Shown here piece after piece: positions 1-7,608 of a stretch of DNA of 19,359 bases. Location: NCBI GenBank assembly GCA_964487115.1, contig CAZAPD010000073.1, positions 1 to 19,359 of the forward strand, written 5' to 3'. The DNA is from an uncultured Thermococci archaeon (GTDB taxonomy: Archaea > Methanobacteriota_B > Thermococci > Thermococcales > Thermococcaceae). Positions within the stretch are counted from its first letter, which is position 1; the number at the start of each line of letters is the position of its first letter. Both the position numbers and the translations under genes were made by a program. Under the pieces are notes generated by a model. That model saw nothing but the letters and a program-made list of their open reading frames with translations. It was not told the DNA's origin and ran no database searches.

Positions 1-29
1 AAAAACCACCTTTCTTGGAGGTGTTGGCA

Positions 30-209
30 GTGGAAACTAAACTCGACATACCTGTATGCACATCATGTGGAAAGGAAATAAGCCCAAGAGAAAACGCTAC
101 TCACTTCGTATGCCCAAACTGTGGTGAAGAAATAATATGGAGATGTGAAAGCTGCAGAGTTTTAGCCGTCCCGTACAAATGCCCCAAGTGCGGCTGGGAG
201 GGACCATGA
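30..209 (+). CDS. Small double Zn-ribbon protein (DUF1610/HVO_2753-like, predicted RNA-binding), about 59 aa
   Basis: Four CxxC pairs (CTSC, CPNC, CESC, CPKC) and a C-terminal GWEGP. GTG at 30 follows RBS GGAGGTG (17-23). This gene type commonly lies just upstream of aEF-1beta in archaea. Confidence 0.9.
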   Translation: METKLDIPVCTSCGKEISPRENATHFVCPNCGEEIIWRCESCRVLAVPYKCPKCGWEGP

Positions 210-224
210 AAGGAGGTGAAAAAG

Positions 225-500
225 ATGAGCGACTTCAATCTCGTTGGTGTTATCAAGGTCATGCCGACCGATCCTGAAGTAAACCTCGATGAGCTTGAGG
301 AAAAAGTCAAGGCCGCCATTCCAGAGAAATACGGCTTCGTTAAGATCGAAAGGGAGCCAATAGCCTTCGGTCTCGTTGCTCTCAAAGTTTATGTTCTCGC
401 CAAGGACGCAGAAGGCTACTCCCTCGATGAAGTTACCGAGGCCTTCAGAAAGGTTGAGAACGTTGAAAGCGCTGAAGTTGAGAGCGTTTCGAGGATCTGA
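225..500 (+). CDS. ef1b: Archaeal translation elongation factor 1-beta, 91 aa
   Basis: Signature IKVMP...EPIAFGLVAL...ENVESAEVE. ATG at 225 follows RBS GGAGGTG (212-218). Confidence 0.96.
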   Translation: MSDFNLVGVIKVMPTDPEVNLDELEEKVKAAIPEKYGFVKIEREPIAFGLVALKVYVLAKDAEGYSLDEVTEAFRKVENVESAEVESVSRI

Positions 501-502
501 AT

Positions 503-530
503 CCCCTTCTCTTCCTTTGATTTCTTGTTC
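503..530 (+). terminator. Pyrimidine/T-rich putative archaeal terminator after ef1b
   Basis: ccccttctcttcctttgatttcttgttc directly follows the stop codon. Confidence 0.45.
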
Positions 531-597
531 TGCACTTGCGGTATCTAACACTGCCTTTTATGAACGCTGTTGGATGGTGTCCTCATTCCGAAGGAAT

Positions 598-645
598 GTG
601 CCAAAACTCAAAAAGTTTTTATAAAACCTTTAACAATTTTGACAC
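598..645 (+). promoter_or_regulatory. BRE/TATA promoter of the wHTH gene, embedded in a long imperfect inverted repeat (candidate autoregulatory operator)
   Basis: AAAAG then TTTTTATAAA at 611-625, about 25 nt before ATG 647. Positions 598-645 form a dyad centred on 621/622 with 18 of 24 positions paired. Confidence 0.6.
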
Positions 646-646
646 G

Positions 647-1588
647 ATGATTAGCATGCTAAGCCGGGCAGAGCTCAGGGTTCTCTCAGTCCTGCATGGG
701 CCGGCCACCCTCAAAGAACTCTCTGGGCAGCTCGGGGTTTCCCGCGCTCGCCTTTCGATAATCGCCCGTTCCCTAGAACGAAAGGGCCTTATTGAGCGGC
801 AGAAGGATGGAAAGGAGATTCTACTCATTCCTTCCAGCTCCAAACCCCTCGAACTCTTCCACGAGCTTCTAACGAGGTTTCCCCATGTTGACTTCATCTC
901 CCTCCTGGCAGGTAGAAAGCTTAAGGTCATAGGTGGAATGGCCGTTGAGGAGCCCAGACCGGTGTGGGAAATCTCCCTGAGATCCAACGTTAACCGCTAC
1001 ACGGTGCATCACGTCCTAACGGAGCTGATGGAAAGGCTCATCGTCGGGAAAAACGAGAAGGGGTACTTTATTGCGAAACGGTTTTTACTTGTCAAAGAGT
1101 TTGTCGACGAATACTTTCGCCTGCAGAACTTGATAAAGGCAAAGAGCTTCAGCCATGATTCGGTAGTCCTCTGGAGCGGCGTTAATGAGTTCCTCCTCGC
1201 TACGAGAAGCTTCAGGGGCTTGGCGGTAGATTCCTTCCAGCTTACCGGTCTCTCCCGCTTTTCGAGCTACGGCCTCGGTGTAATATCCAGCGGAATCTAC
1301 CATTATTACTGGCCTTCCAGGGAGACAACACTCGAGGAGGTCATTGTTCATACCCTGGCAGTTGGAGCTGGCGCGAGGGAGCTCCTATACGTCGTGACCA
1401 TCCTAAAGGCAAGGAGTTTTAACGTTGAGCGGCTCAGACGTCTGGCCATTAAGTTTGATGTCCTCGGAGTCGTTGACGAGATTATTGAGTATCTTGACGG
1501 AAAAGAGAAAGGTTATCCTTTCCCTTCCAGGGATGAAGTTGAGAAGCTCTGCCCTGACCTCCTCCCCGCCCTGAAGGGCGGGGCTTGA
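647..1588 (+). CDS. MarR/ArsR-like winged-HTH protein with a second HTH-like segment; probable antitoxin/regulator partner of the downstream nucleotidyltransferase. Last residues come from an inserted palindromic element
   Basis: N-terminal wHTH (LKELSGQLGVSRARLSIIARSLERKGLIER) and a second HTH-like segment (VWEISLRSNVNRYTVHHVLTELMERLIV). The start is more likely ATG 647 or 656 than 536, given the TATA position. Confidence 0.75.
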   Translation: MISMLSRAELRVLSVLHGPATLKELSGQLGVSRARLSIIARSLERKGLIERQKDGKEILLIPSSSKPLELFHELLTRFPHVDFISLLAGRKLKVIGGMAVEEPRPVWEISLRSNVNRYTVHHVLTELMERLIVGKNEKGYFIAKRFLLVKEFVDEYFRLQNLIKAKSFSHDSVVLWSGVNEFLLATRSFRGLAVDSFQLTGLSRFSSYGLGVISSGIYHYYWPSRETTLEEVIVHTLAVGAGARELLYVVTILKARSFNVERLRRLAIKFDVLGVVDEIIEYLDGKEKGYPFPSRDEVEKLCPDLLPALKGGA

Positions 1589-1600
1589 GAAAAGAGAAAA
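1553..1600. mobile_element. Short IS200/IS605-like end or non-autonomous palindromic element, copy 1
   Basis: cctgacctcctCCCCGCCC-tgaa-GGGCGGGGctt: perfect 8-bp GC stem with a 4-nt loop (1564-1583), then a purine-rich tail. Matches 8304-8337 at 29 of 34 positions. Confidence 0.65.
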
Positions 1601-2086
1601 GTGGAGATGGTTGAGCACGAATACAAAGTTAAACTGGGGGCTGTTTTGGTTTATAGAAAGCTTGACCCGGAGATGCATGATTTCAACATAGATGTCTTTG
1701 TGAAGAGAATCCTAAGAGGGCTCACACTGTCGGAGGGCATGAAAAACCGCTCAGTACTTCCCAGCGAGTTTGAGGATTTCGAAATTCTTAGGGTTCGGCT
1801 GGTGTCTCTTGAGGACATTTTCCTGTTCAAAGGGGTTACATCTCTTGGCAGGGTCAAGGACATTGATGATTTGCTTCGCTTGCTTGAGCATGGTGTTGAT
1901 TTTGAGGTGATGCTCGGTGAGCTCAATAATCAAAGAATGATCATTGGGCCGGAGAGGTTTGAATAGCTCATGGGGCTCCTTTATGAGAAGTCATTGATGC
2001 TCAGAAGGGTACTCGCGGAAAAAGGACTCAGAAGCAGGGCCCTGAATAAGTTCACTAAAGAGCTGGAGCTCTCTTTCGGTAAATGA
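1601..2086 (+). pseudogene. Nucleotidyltransferase-fold protein (DUF6036/AbiEii-like), apparently N-terminally truncated, with an in-frame TAG at 1964-1966
   Basis: Retains IDVF and the EDIFLFK...R.KDIDD C-terminal motif but lacks the N-terminal GG...T.D.D catalytic segment. After the TAG the frame stays open for 39 codons (LMGLLYEKSL...ELSFGK) to TGA at 2084-2086. Confidence 0.65.
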
Positions 2087-2095
2087 AAAAGAAAC
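2086..2095 (-). terminator. Oligo-T terminator of the TPR gene
   Basis: The minus strand reads GTTTCTTTTT immediately after the stop codon. Confidence 0.45.
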
Positions 2096-3112
2096 TCAGA
2101 GCCCCAAGCTCAAGCTCAGCTTCGGCCTCTTCCACTCGTCGAGAATTGCTTTCAGATCCTCGTTCTGAATCTTGGCGTAAAGCTCGTCGAACCTCTTCTT
2201 CGCTTCCTCGTCGCCTTCCTTCCAGCGGGCGAGTTCGCCTATAGCCCTGAAGAACTCTGCGGTGTCATCCTCAAAGGCTTCTGCGAATATCCCCATATTC
2301 TCATGGATTTCCCCATATACCTCCTCATTGAAGAGCCCTTTAATGAACTCCATCAGTGTCTCAAACACAAGTGCAAAGAGCTCATCATCCGTCTCAACAG
2401 CTTTCACCAGAGCATCCCGAATAGCTACGAAAGCCCTCCTGTAGTCCTCTTTGCCTGCATATATTTCAGCTTCAACGAGCTTTGCATTGATCTCAACCTC
2501 ATTGTCCCTCGGACTCCGGAGAACACCCTTTATCAAGGCCTCCGAAGTATCGTAATCTCCAAGCTCATAGCGAAAATGAGCCAGATCAAGGAGACTTATC
2601 ATGTAATTCTTTTCATCACCAATCTCTTCGAACAGTTTTCTTGCTTTCTCCATAAGCTCCACAGCCCTTTCAATCTCCCCGAGCTCGTCATAGTTCATTG
2701 CCAAATTGGCGAGAGTTAAAGCAACCTCCTTCTCATCCCCACGCCCCTCTTCAAGCTTAAGCAGTTTGTTATACGTCTCTATAGCCTTTTCTGGCATTCC
2801 AAAATGCTCGTAAGCATCCGCCAGATAATAAAGTCCAACTGCATACTCTTCCGGGTCATCCTTCCTACTTTCGGCGAGCCTTCTGTAGAGGTCAATTCCC
2901 CTATCAGTTTCATCAAAATGGGCATAGATATGAGCAATCTCATGGACCAAGTCATAGGGATCATCGCACTCAAAAGCTAATTCTTCAAGCTTCTTTAAGA
3001 CTTCTCTGAGTTCGTTCTCATCTTCGATGGAATCCACATAATCATCAAGCAGCTCCAAAACCCTTTCACAATCCCTCTCACTCAAGGCTTTCTCAAATTC
3101 ATTCCCATTCAT
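2096..3112 (-). CDS. Acidic tetratricopeptide-repeat protein, 338 aa
   Basis: TPR-like helices (GLYYLADAYEHFGMPEKAIETYNKLL; TLANLAMNYDELGEIERAVELMEKA; SLLDLAHFRYELGDYD). ATG at 3112 is preceded by RBS GGTGAT. The longer 3226 start would overlap the GH38 gene. Confidence 0.88.
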   Translation of the reverse strand: MNGNEFEKALSERDCERVLELLDDYVDSIEDENELREVLKKLEELAFECDDPYDLVHEIAHIYAHFDETDRGIDLYRRLAESRKDDPEEYAVGLYYLADAYEHFGMPEKAIETYNKLLKLEEGRGDEKEVALTLANLAMNYDELGEIERAVELMEKARKLFEEIGDEKNYMISLLDLAHFRYELGDYDTSEALIKGVLRSPRDNEVEINAKLVEAEIYAGKEDYRRAFVAIRDALVKAVETDDELFALVFETLMEFIKGLFNEEVYGEIHENMGIFAEAFEDDTAEFFRAIGELARWKEGDEEAKKRFDELYAKIQNEDLKAILDEWKRPKLSLSLGL

Positions 3113-3171
3113 TGTATCACCGGGAGAAAAGTTTATTTCCAAGGTTAAAAACATATGGCAAGGTGAAATCC
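3113..3171. promoter_or_regulatory. Compact 59-bp divergent promoter region between the TPR and GH38 genes
   Basis: Plus strand: GAAAAG-TTTATTT (3126-3138) and RBS AGGTGA (3161-3166). Minus strand: TTTTTAA (3145-3151) and RBS GGTGAT. Confidence 0.55.
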
Positions 3172-5523
3172 ATGAAAGTCTTTCTTGTTCCACACTTCCA
3201 CTATGACTTGGAATGGGTAAGGACAAAGGAGGAATTTGGAGAATTAGCTCTCAACAACATGGAAAAAGTTCTCGAAATAATGCGCAAAGACAAAGAATTC
3301 AGGTACCTCTTTGATCAACTGTTCCTCTTAGAGCTGTTTAAGGAAAGGAAACCAGAACTTTGGAATGAGTTCCTAGAAAGAATCAGGGAAGGTGGGATTG
3401 AGCTTGTTGGTGGGATTTACTTAATGCCCGACAACTTGATCCCGGGGTTGGAGACTCAAATAAGGGAAATACTTCACGCAAAGCCTAAAATGGAAGAGTT
3501 AAGCAGAAAGGAAATTAAAATCGGATGGATGATAGATTGTTTTGGTCATCACTCTCAAATTCCTCAGATTTTCAAAAATGCTGGTTTTGAGTTTTACACA
3601 TTCAAGAGGGGGTATAGAGGAGAAAAAACTATGAACTTCATCTGGGAAGGCTTAGATGGGAGCAGAATCTTTGTCCACTATATGCTCTTTGGTTATGACC
3701 CGCTCTGGCTTCCTCAAGATGACGTTGAGCTTGGGGCAAAAATCCTCCTTGAGATGATCGAGAAAGCCAAACCATATGCTCTAAATGATTGCATAATGCT
3801 GTTAACGGGTTCTGATTTCACGCCACCGAATCCAATTCTTTCCAAGATTGTTAAAAGGGCAAGGGAGCTGAGTGGTTATGACATAAAGGTAGCTACACCA
3901 GGAGAGTACTTTGAAGAAGTCAAGAACTGTGAAGTTCCAATTGTGAGGGATGAGATGGTATTTGGGAGATATCATCCCGTTCTGCCCAGATGCAGAAGTT
4001 CGAGGATTGATATCAAGATCAGATTCAGAAAGCTTGAGTTCCTTCTTCAAAGTGTTGAAGCCTTAAATACTTTCGTGTCACTTAAAGGTGGAAAAAGTGA
4101 GGAGGAGAAGCTTGAGAGGGCCTGGAAGCTTTTGTTGATGAACGCCTTTCATGACACCATATGCGGATGTGGAATAGATGAGATATATGAGGAAGCTGAA
4201 GAGAGGTTCAGAGAAGCTGAGGAAATAGCCTTGGAAGTTCTTAACTCATCACTGAGCTTCTTCAGCGGAAGCAATGAAAAGTTCCTACTTTTCAACCCCC
4301 TGCCTTGGAAGAGAAGGGAGATAGTTGAGCTTGCTGATGAAAAAATTGTAGATGCAGAGCTTCCTCCTTTGGGATATATGATTGCAGAGGGAGAAAGAGA
4401 AGAGAAAGTAGAGAAAGAAGAACTCGAAATAGAGAACGAGTTTTTCAAAGTAAGGCTAACTGAGAGGGGAACACTTGAGGTATTTATGGACGGGGAGCTT
4501 GTAATTAAGGATGGCAACGACATTGAAATCATTTCAGATGGTGGTGACTTGTATTATTCCAGAGTCCCAGAGAAGAGCTATAAGACGAGAATTAGCGAAG
4601 CAATTTCAAAGCCTGAGTATTTGAGGGATATGAATGAGATAAGGTTTGAAGTTGTAGATGCAAAGGCCGAGAAATCAAAGTTTAGGGAGGTTTTAAGCTA
4701 CACAATTAAAGCTGAATGGAGAGGGGATACCATTTTAAAGCTTTCATTTGAAGTTCAGCTCGCTAAGGGAATTCCGAGAATAGACTTCAAGGCTAAGGTT
4801 TACTTCAACTATCCGCACACGGATTTAATGGTTCTATTCCCAATGGACATTGAAGGAAAGGCCTATGCAGAGATTCCAGGAGGAGTCTGTGAAGTTGATT
4901 TAGACGTTGATGATTCTGATTGGGTAGAGGAGTATGATAACTTTGCTGTTCAGAACTGGATGGCTTATGAAGACGGAAATAGGGGAGTTGCTCTGATAAA
5001 TCTTGGAATCCCTGAGCACAGGATTGAAGACGGAATCATAAAGCTGACCCTTCTGAGAAGCGTAGACTTGGTCTCTTGGGGCAACGCTGGACCAAAGCTA
5101 TATACTCCAAAAGCATTGATGATTGGAGAGCATGAGTTCAGATATGCACTAATTCCATACAAAGGGAGCTGGAAAGAGAATGACATTCCAAAGCTCGCTT
5201 ATTCACATAATGCTCCAGTATTTATTCTGCACGGGGTTAAAGAGTTACCCGAGATGGACTGGGCTCTTGAGCTTGATGATAATTTAGTCATGACAGCTTT
5301 CAAGGAAAGTAAAGAGGAAATTGTCCTTAGGTTCTTTGAGACGTTGGGCAAGGAGACAAAATCAACCATGAAGACAAAGTTTGATTATGCTGAAGCTTAC
5401 AAAGCAGACCTCTTAGAAAGGCAACTGGAAGAGTGGAACTTTGAAGTTAAGCCCTTTGAGATTGTTACACTCAAATTTGATGTTCAGAAGACAGGGATTG
5501 ACAAAATGCTAAAATCCAAATGA
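3172..5523 (+). CDS. Glycoside hydrolase family 38 alpha-mannosidase (MngB-like), 783 aa, cytoplasmic
   Basis: GH38 motifs: PHFHYDLEW (metal-binding H/D), GWMIDCFGH (nucleophile Asp), FIWEGLDGS, NAFHDTICG, LTLLRSV and C-terminal KPFEIVTL. No signal peptide. Confidence 0.93.
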   Translation: MKVFLVPHFHYDLEWVRTKEEFGELALNNMEKVLEIMRKDKEFRYLFDQLFLLELFKERKPELWNEFLERIREGGIELVGGIYLMPDNLIPGLETQIREILHAKPKMEELSRKEIKIGWMIDCFGHHSQIPQIFKNAGFEFYTFKRGYRGEKTMNFIWEGLDGSRIFVHYMLFGYDPLWLPQDDVELGAKILLEMIEKAKPYALNDCIMLLTGSDFTPPNPILSKIVKRARELSGYDIKVATPGEYFEEVKNCEVPIVRDEMVFGRYHPVLPRCRSSRIDIKIRFRKLEFLLQSVEALNTFVSLKGGKSEEEKLERAWKLLLMNAFHDTICGCGIDEIYEEAEERFREAEEIALEVLNSSLSFFSGSNEKFLLFNPLPWKRREIVELADEKIVDAELPPLGYMIAEGEREEKVEKEELEIENEFFKVRLTERGTLEVFMDGELVIKDGNDIEIISDGGDLYYSRVPEKSYKTRISEAISKPEYLRDMNEIRFEVVDAKAEKSKFREVLSYTIKAEWRGDTILKLSFEVQLAKGIPRIDFKAKVYFNYPHTDLMVLFPMDIEGKAYAEIPGGVCEVDLDVDDSDWVEEYDNFAVQNWMAYEDGNRGVALINLGIPEHRIEDGIIKLTLLRSVDLVSWGNAGPKLYTPKALMIGEHEFRYALIPYKGSWKENDIPKLAYSHNAPVFILHGVKELPEMDWALELDDNLVMTAFKESKEEIVLRFFETLGKETKSTMKTKFDYAEAYKADLLERQLEEWNFEVKPFEIVTLKFDVQKTGIDKMLKSK

Positions 5524-5674
5524 ATCCCTTGGTACATTGGAAAAGATTAACATCCTCCTTAGATACTTATACACATTTTTTCATTGTTTTCAAACAAATC
5601 TGTCATTTCAACCTTTATTCAGCCCTCTTTTGCCAACTATCCATCAGAGTAAACAGTAACCATTTTAGCCCCCA

Positions 5675-5716
5675 AGAAAGCTTTTTAGTATTGGATAAAA
5701 TATCCAATAGGTGATA
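5675..5716 (+). promoter_or_regulatory. nrdDG promoter with a perfect palindromic operator and RBS
   Basis: AGAAAG-CTTTTTAG BRE/TATA-like element (5675-5688), TATTGGATA-aaa-TATCCAATA (5689-5709) and RBS GGTGAT (5710-5715). Confidence 0.6.
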
Positions 5717-5720
5717 AGAA

Positions 5721-7565
5721 ATGGAAACAACAAAAGAAGATATAATCCAAGAATACGCCAGCTGGGGCAGTTTAGATGTTTTGGAAAATGCTAATCGCTA
5801 TCCCGGGCCAACAGGTTTCTTTGCATACATAATGGAGGACGCTCTGAAAGAATCCCTATCACTTATCCCAGAAACCGGGAAGAAAGCACATTTTTCAGGT
5901 GAAATTTATATTCACAAGCTTCCGTATAGCCTCTACATCCCGTACTGCACAGGACATAGCACATCTCGCTTGCTTGAAAAAGGACTTAAAACCCCAACGA
6001 TAATTTCCCGCCCAGCAAAGCACTTCGACACCTACGTTGACCACATAGCCAACTATCTCATAACAATGCAGCATTACTTCAGTGGAGCACAGGCTTTGAG
6101 CTCAGTTGAATGGTATGCTGGACCTTTTATTAGAAGGGACAGCCTCTCCAGAAGAAAAATCAAACAGAATATCCAGAGATTGATTTACAACCTCAACTAT
6201 CCAACAAGAATAGGCCTCCAAACCCCATTTACAAATTTCACAGTGACACTCAATGCTCCTGAGAAAATGATTGAGGGTGATCATGCAATCTATGCTGGAA
6301 AAGAAATCGAACCACTTGGTGAATACGAGAAAGAGGCTAAAGAGTTTTTCGTAGCCCTAACAGAGGTCCTACGCGAAGGAGATTCAATTGGCCAGCCCTT
6401 CACATTTCCCATTCCCACGCTAATGGGAACCGCCAAGATGATTTGGAACGACCCCGAGATATTCGAAGCGGTCTTTGAGACAGCGGCAAAGCGCGGAAGC
6501 TTTTACTGGCTCAACACAAACGTGGTTGACCCAGATGCAAGCTTTTCTATGTGCTGCAGGCTTGTAATCGATAAAAATGAGATGTCTCATGCTTTCAACT
6601 TTAACCCCGGTGATACCTTAGAGGACTGGCTTAATGAAGTTGAAAGACAGCGCTTCGGCGGACTCTGGGCAATGCCCGACGTCACCGGTTCAGTAAACGT
6701 AACCACCATAAATCTTCCCAGGATAGCCCTCAAGGCAAATGGTGATGATGACAAATTCTGGGAGGAATACGATAGAGTGCTTGAAATAATAAGAACAACA
6801 ACCGAATGGTTCCGTGAGCGTTATATCCGGTTCATTACAACCTATAGACAAATGTACAGCATGATCTCCCTCTACCTCGAAGAATTTCCATCGAGCCATT
6901 TTAATACCATTGGAATTATCGGTCTTCCAGAAACAGCAGCAATATATCTCAACGAACCGAGACTCTGGGAGGAAGGGAGCAGAAAAGACTGGTTAAAAGC
7001 AGCCGAGTTCATGAAAGAAATGGTGGAATTCGCAACAACCAAAGCAAGAGAATGGATGCGCACAACTGGTGTGCCATGGAACGTTGAAGAAGTTCCGGGT
7101 GAGAGTGCAGCTGCAAAACTTGCATTAAAAGATGCACACGAATACCCCAATGTTCTTGAATATTTGAGTGATCCAGAAAATCCAATTTACTCCACAAGTA
7201 TAGCACCCTACTACGGAAGCCTTGAACTGGCTGACAGGATAAGAGTGGAGGAAAAAGCCCAGAAAAGCTTCACGGGTGGAGTGATGATGCACATCTTCCT
7301 TGGAGAAGAGCCAGACCCGGAGGCTCTCGCAAAGCTAACCAAGAGACTTATGAAGACCGAGCTGGTCTACTGGAGCTACACACCAGCTGTGACAGTATGC
7401 AAGACCTGTAACTATTCCACGACGGGCCTTTACACCCACTGCCCGCACTGCGGGAGCGAGAACGTCGAGATATGGAGCAGGATAATCGGCTATTACCGAC
7501 CACTCAAGAACTGGAACCCCTTCAGAAAGAAAGAGTTCTGGACGAGAAGACACTATAAAACCTGA
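5721..7565 (+). CDS. nrdD: Anaerobic (class III) ribonucleoside-triphosphate reductase, 614 aa, no ATP-cone
   Basis: IYIH...PYC, FSGAQA, QTPFTN, FTFPIPT, finger loop SMCCR, TINLPRIA, C-terminal CxxC...CxxC Zn site and glycyl-radical loop SRIIGYY. Confidence 0.96.
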   Translation: METTKEDIIQEYASWGSLDVLENANRYPGPTGFFAYIMEDALKESLSLIPETGKKAHFSGEIYIHKLPYSLYIPYCTGHSTSRLLEKGLKTPTIISRPAKHFDTYVDHIANYLITMQHYFSGAQALSSVEWYAGPFIRRDSLSRRKIKQNIQRLIYNLNYPTRIGLQTPFTNFTVTLNAPEKMIEGDHAIYAGKEIEPLGEYEKEAKEFFVALTEVLREGDSIGQPFTFPIPTLMGTAKMIWNDPEIFEAVFETAAKRGSFYWLNTNVVDPDASFSMCCRLVIDKNEMSHAFNFNPGDTLEDWLNEVERQRFGGLWAMPDVTGSVNVTTINLPRIALKANGDDDKFWEEYDRVLEIIRTTTEWFRERYIRFITTYRQMYSMISLYLEEFPSSHFNTIGIIGLPETAAIYLNEPRLWEEGSRKDWLKAAEFMKEMVEFATTKAREWMRTTGVPWNVEEVPGESAAAKLALKDAHEYPNVLEYLSDPENPIYSTSIAPYYGSLELADRIRVEEKAQKSFTGGVMMHIFLGEEPDPEALAKLTKRLMKTELVYWSYTPAVTVCKTCNYSTTGLYTHCPHCGSENVEIWSRIIGYYRPLKNWNPFRKKEFWTRRHYKT

Positions 7566-7608
7566 CGTTTTATACTTTGTCACTTATACTTTATTTGGAG
7601 GCCTCAAG

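Noticed and set aside
536..646. N-terminal extensions in the ORF track (also 3112-3171, 3113-3226, 10398-10604, 11635-11643)
   Set aside because: They overlap promoters or neighbouring genes. Downstream starts have better RBS or TATA support and begin at the family domain boundary.
1964..1966. In-frame TAG as possible pyrrolysine or readthrough codon
   Set aside because: No pyl genes in the window and Thermococcales are not known to use pyrrolysine. The gene is already truncated, so a nonsense mutation is simpler.
3115..3131. TATCAC half-site resembling the TrmBL1/Tgr motif TATCAC-N5-GTGATA upstream of the GH38 gene
   Set aside because: The second half-site is missing (GAAAAG), and TATCAC is explained as the reverse complement of the TPR gene RBS.
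5520..5714. 64-aa ORF between GH38 and nrdD
   Set aside because: No recognisable motif or convincing RBS, and it runs through the nrdD promoter; probably intergenic.
7570..7592. Short direct repeat TTATACTTT twice between nrdD and nrdG
   Set aside because: Nine AT-rich bases in two copies, with no array structure; too weak to call.
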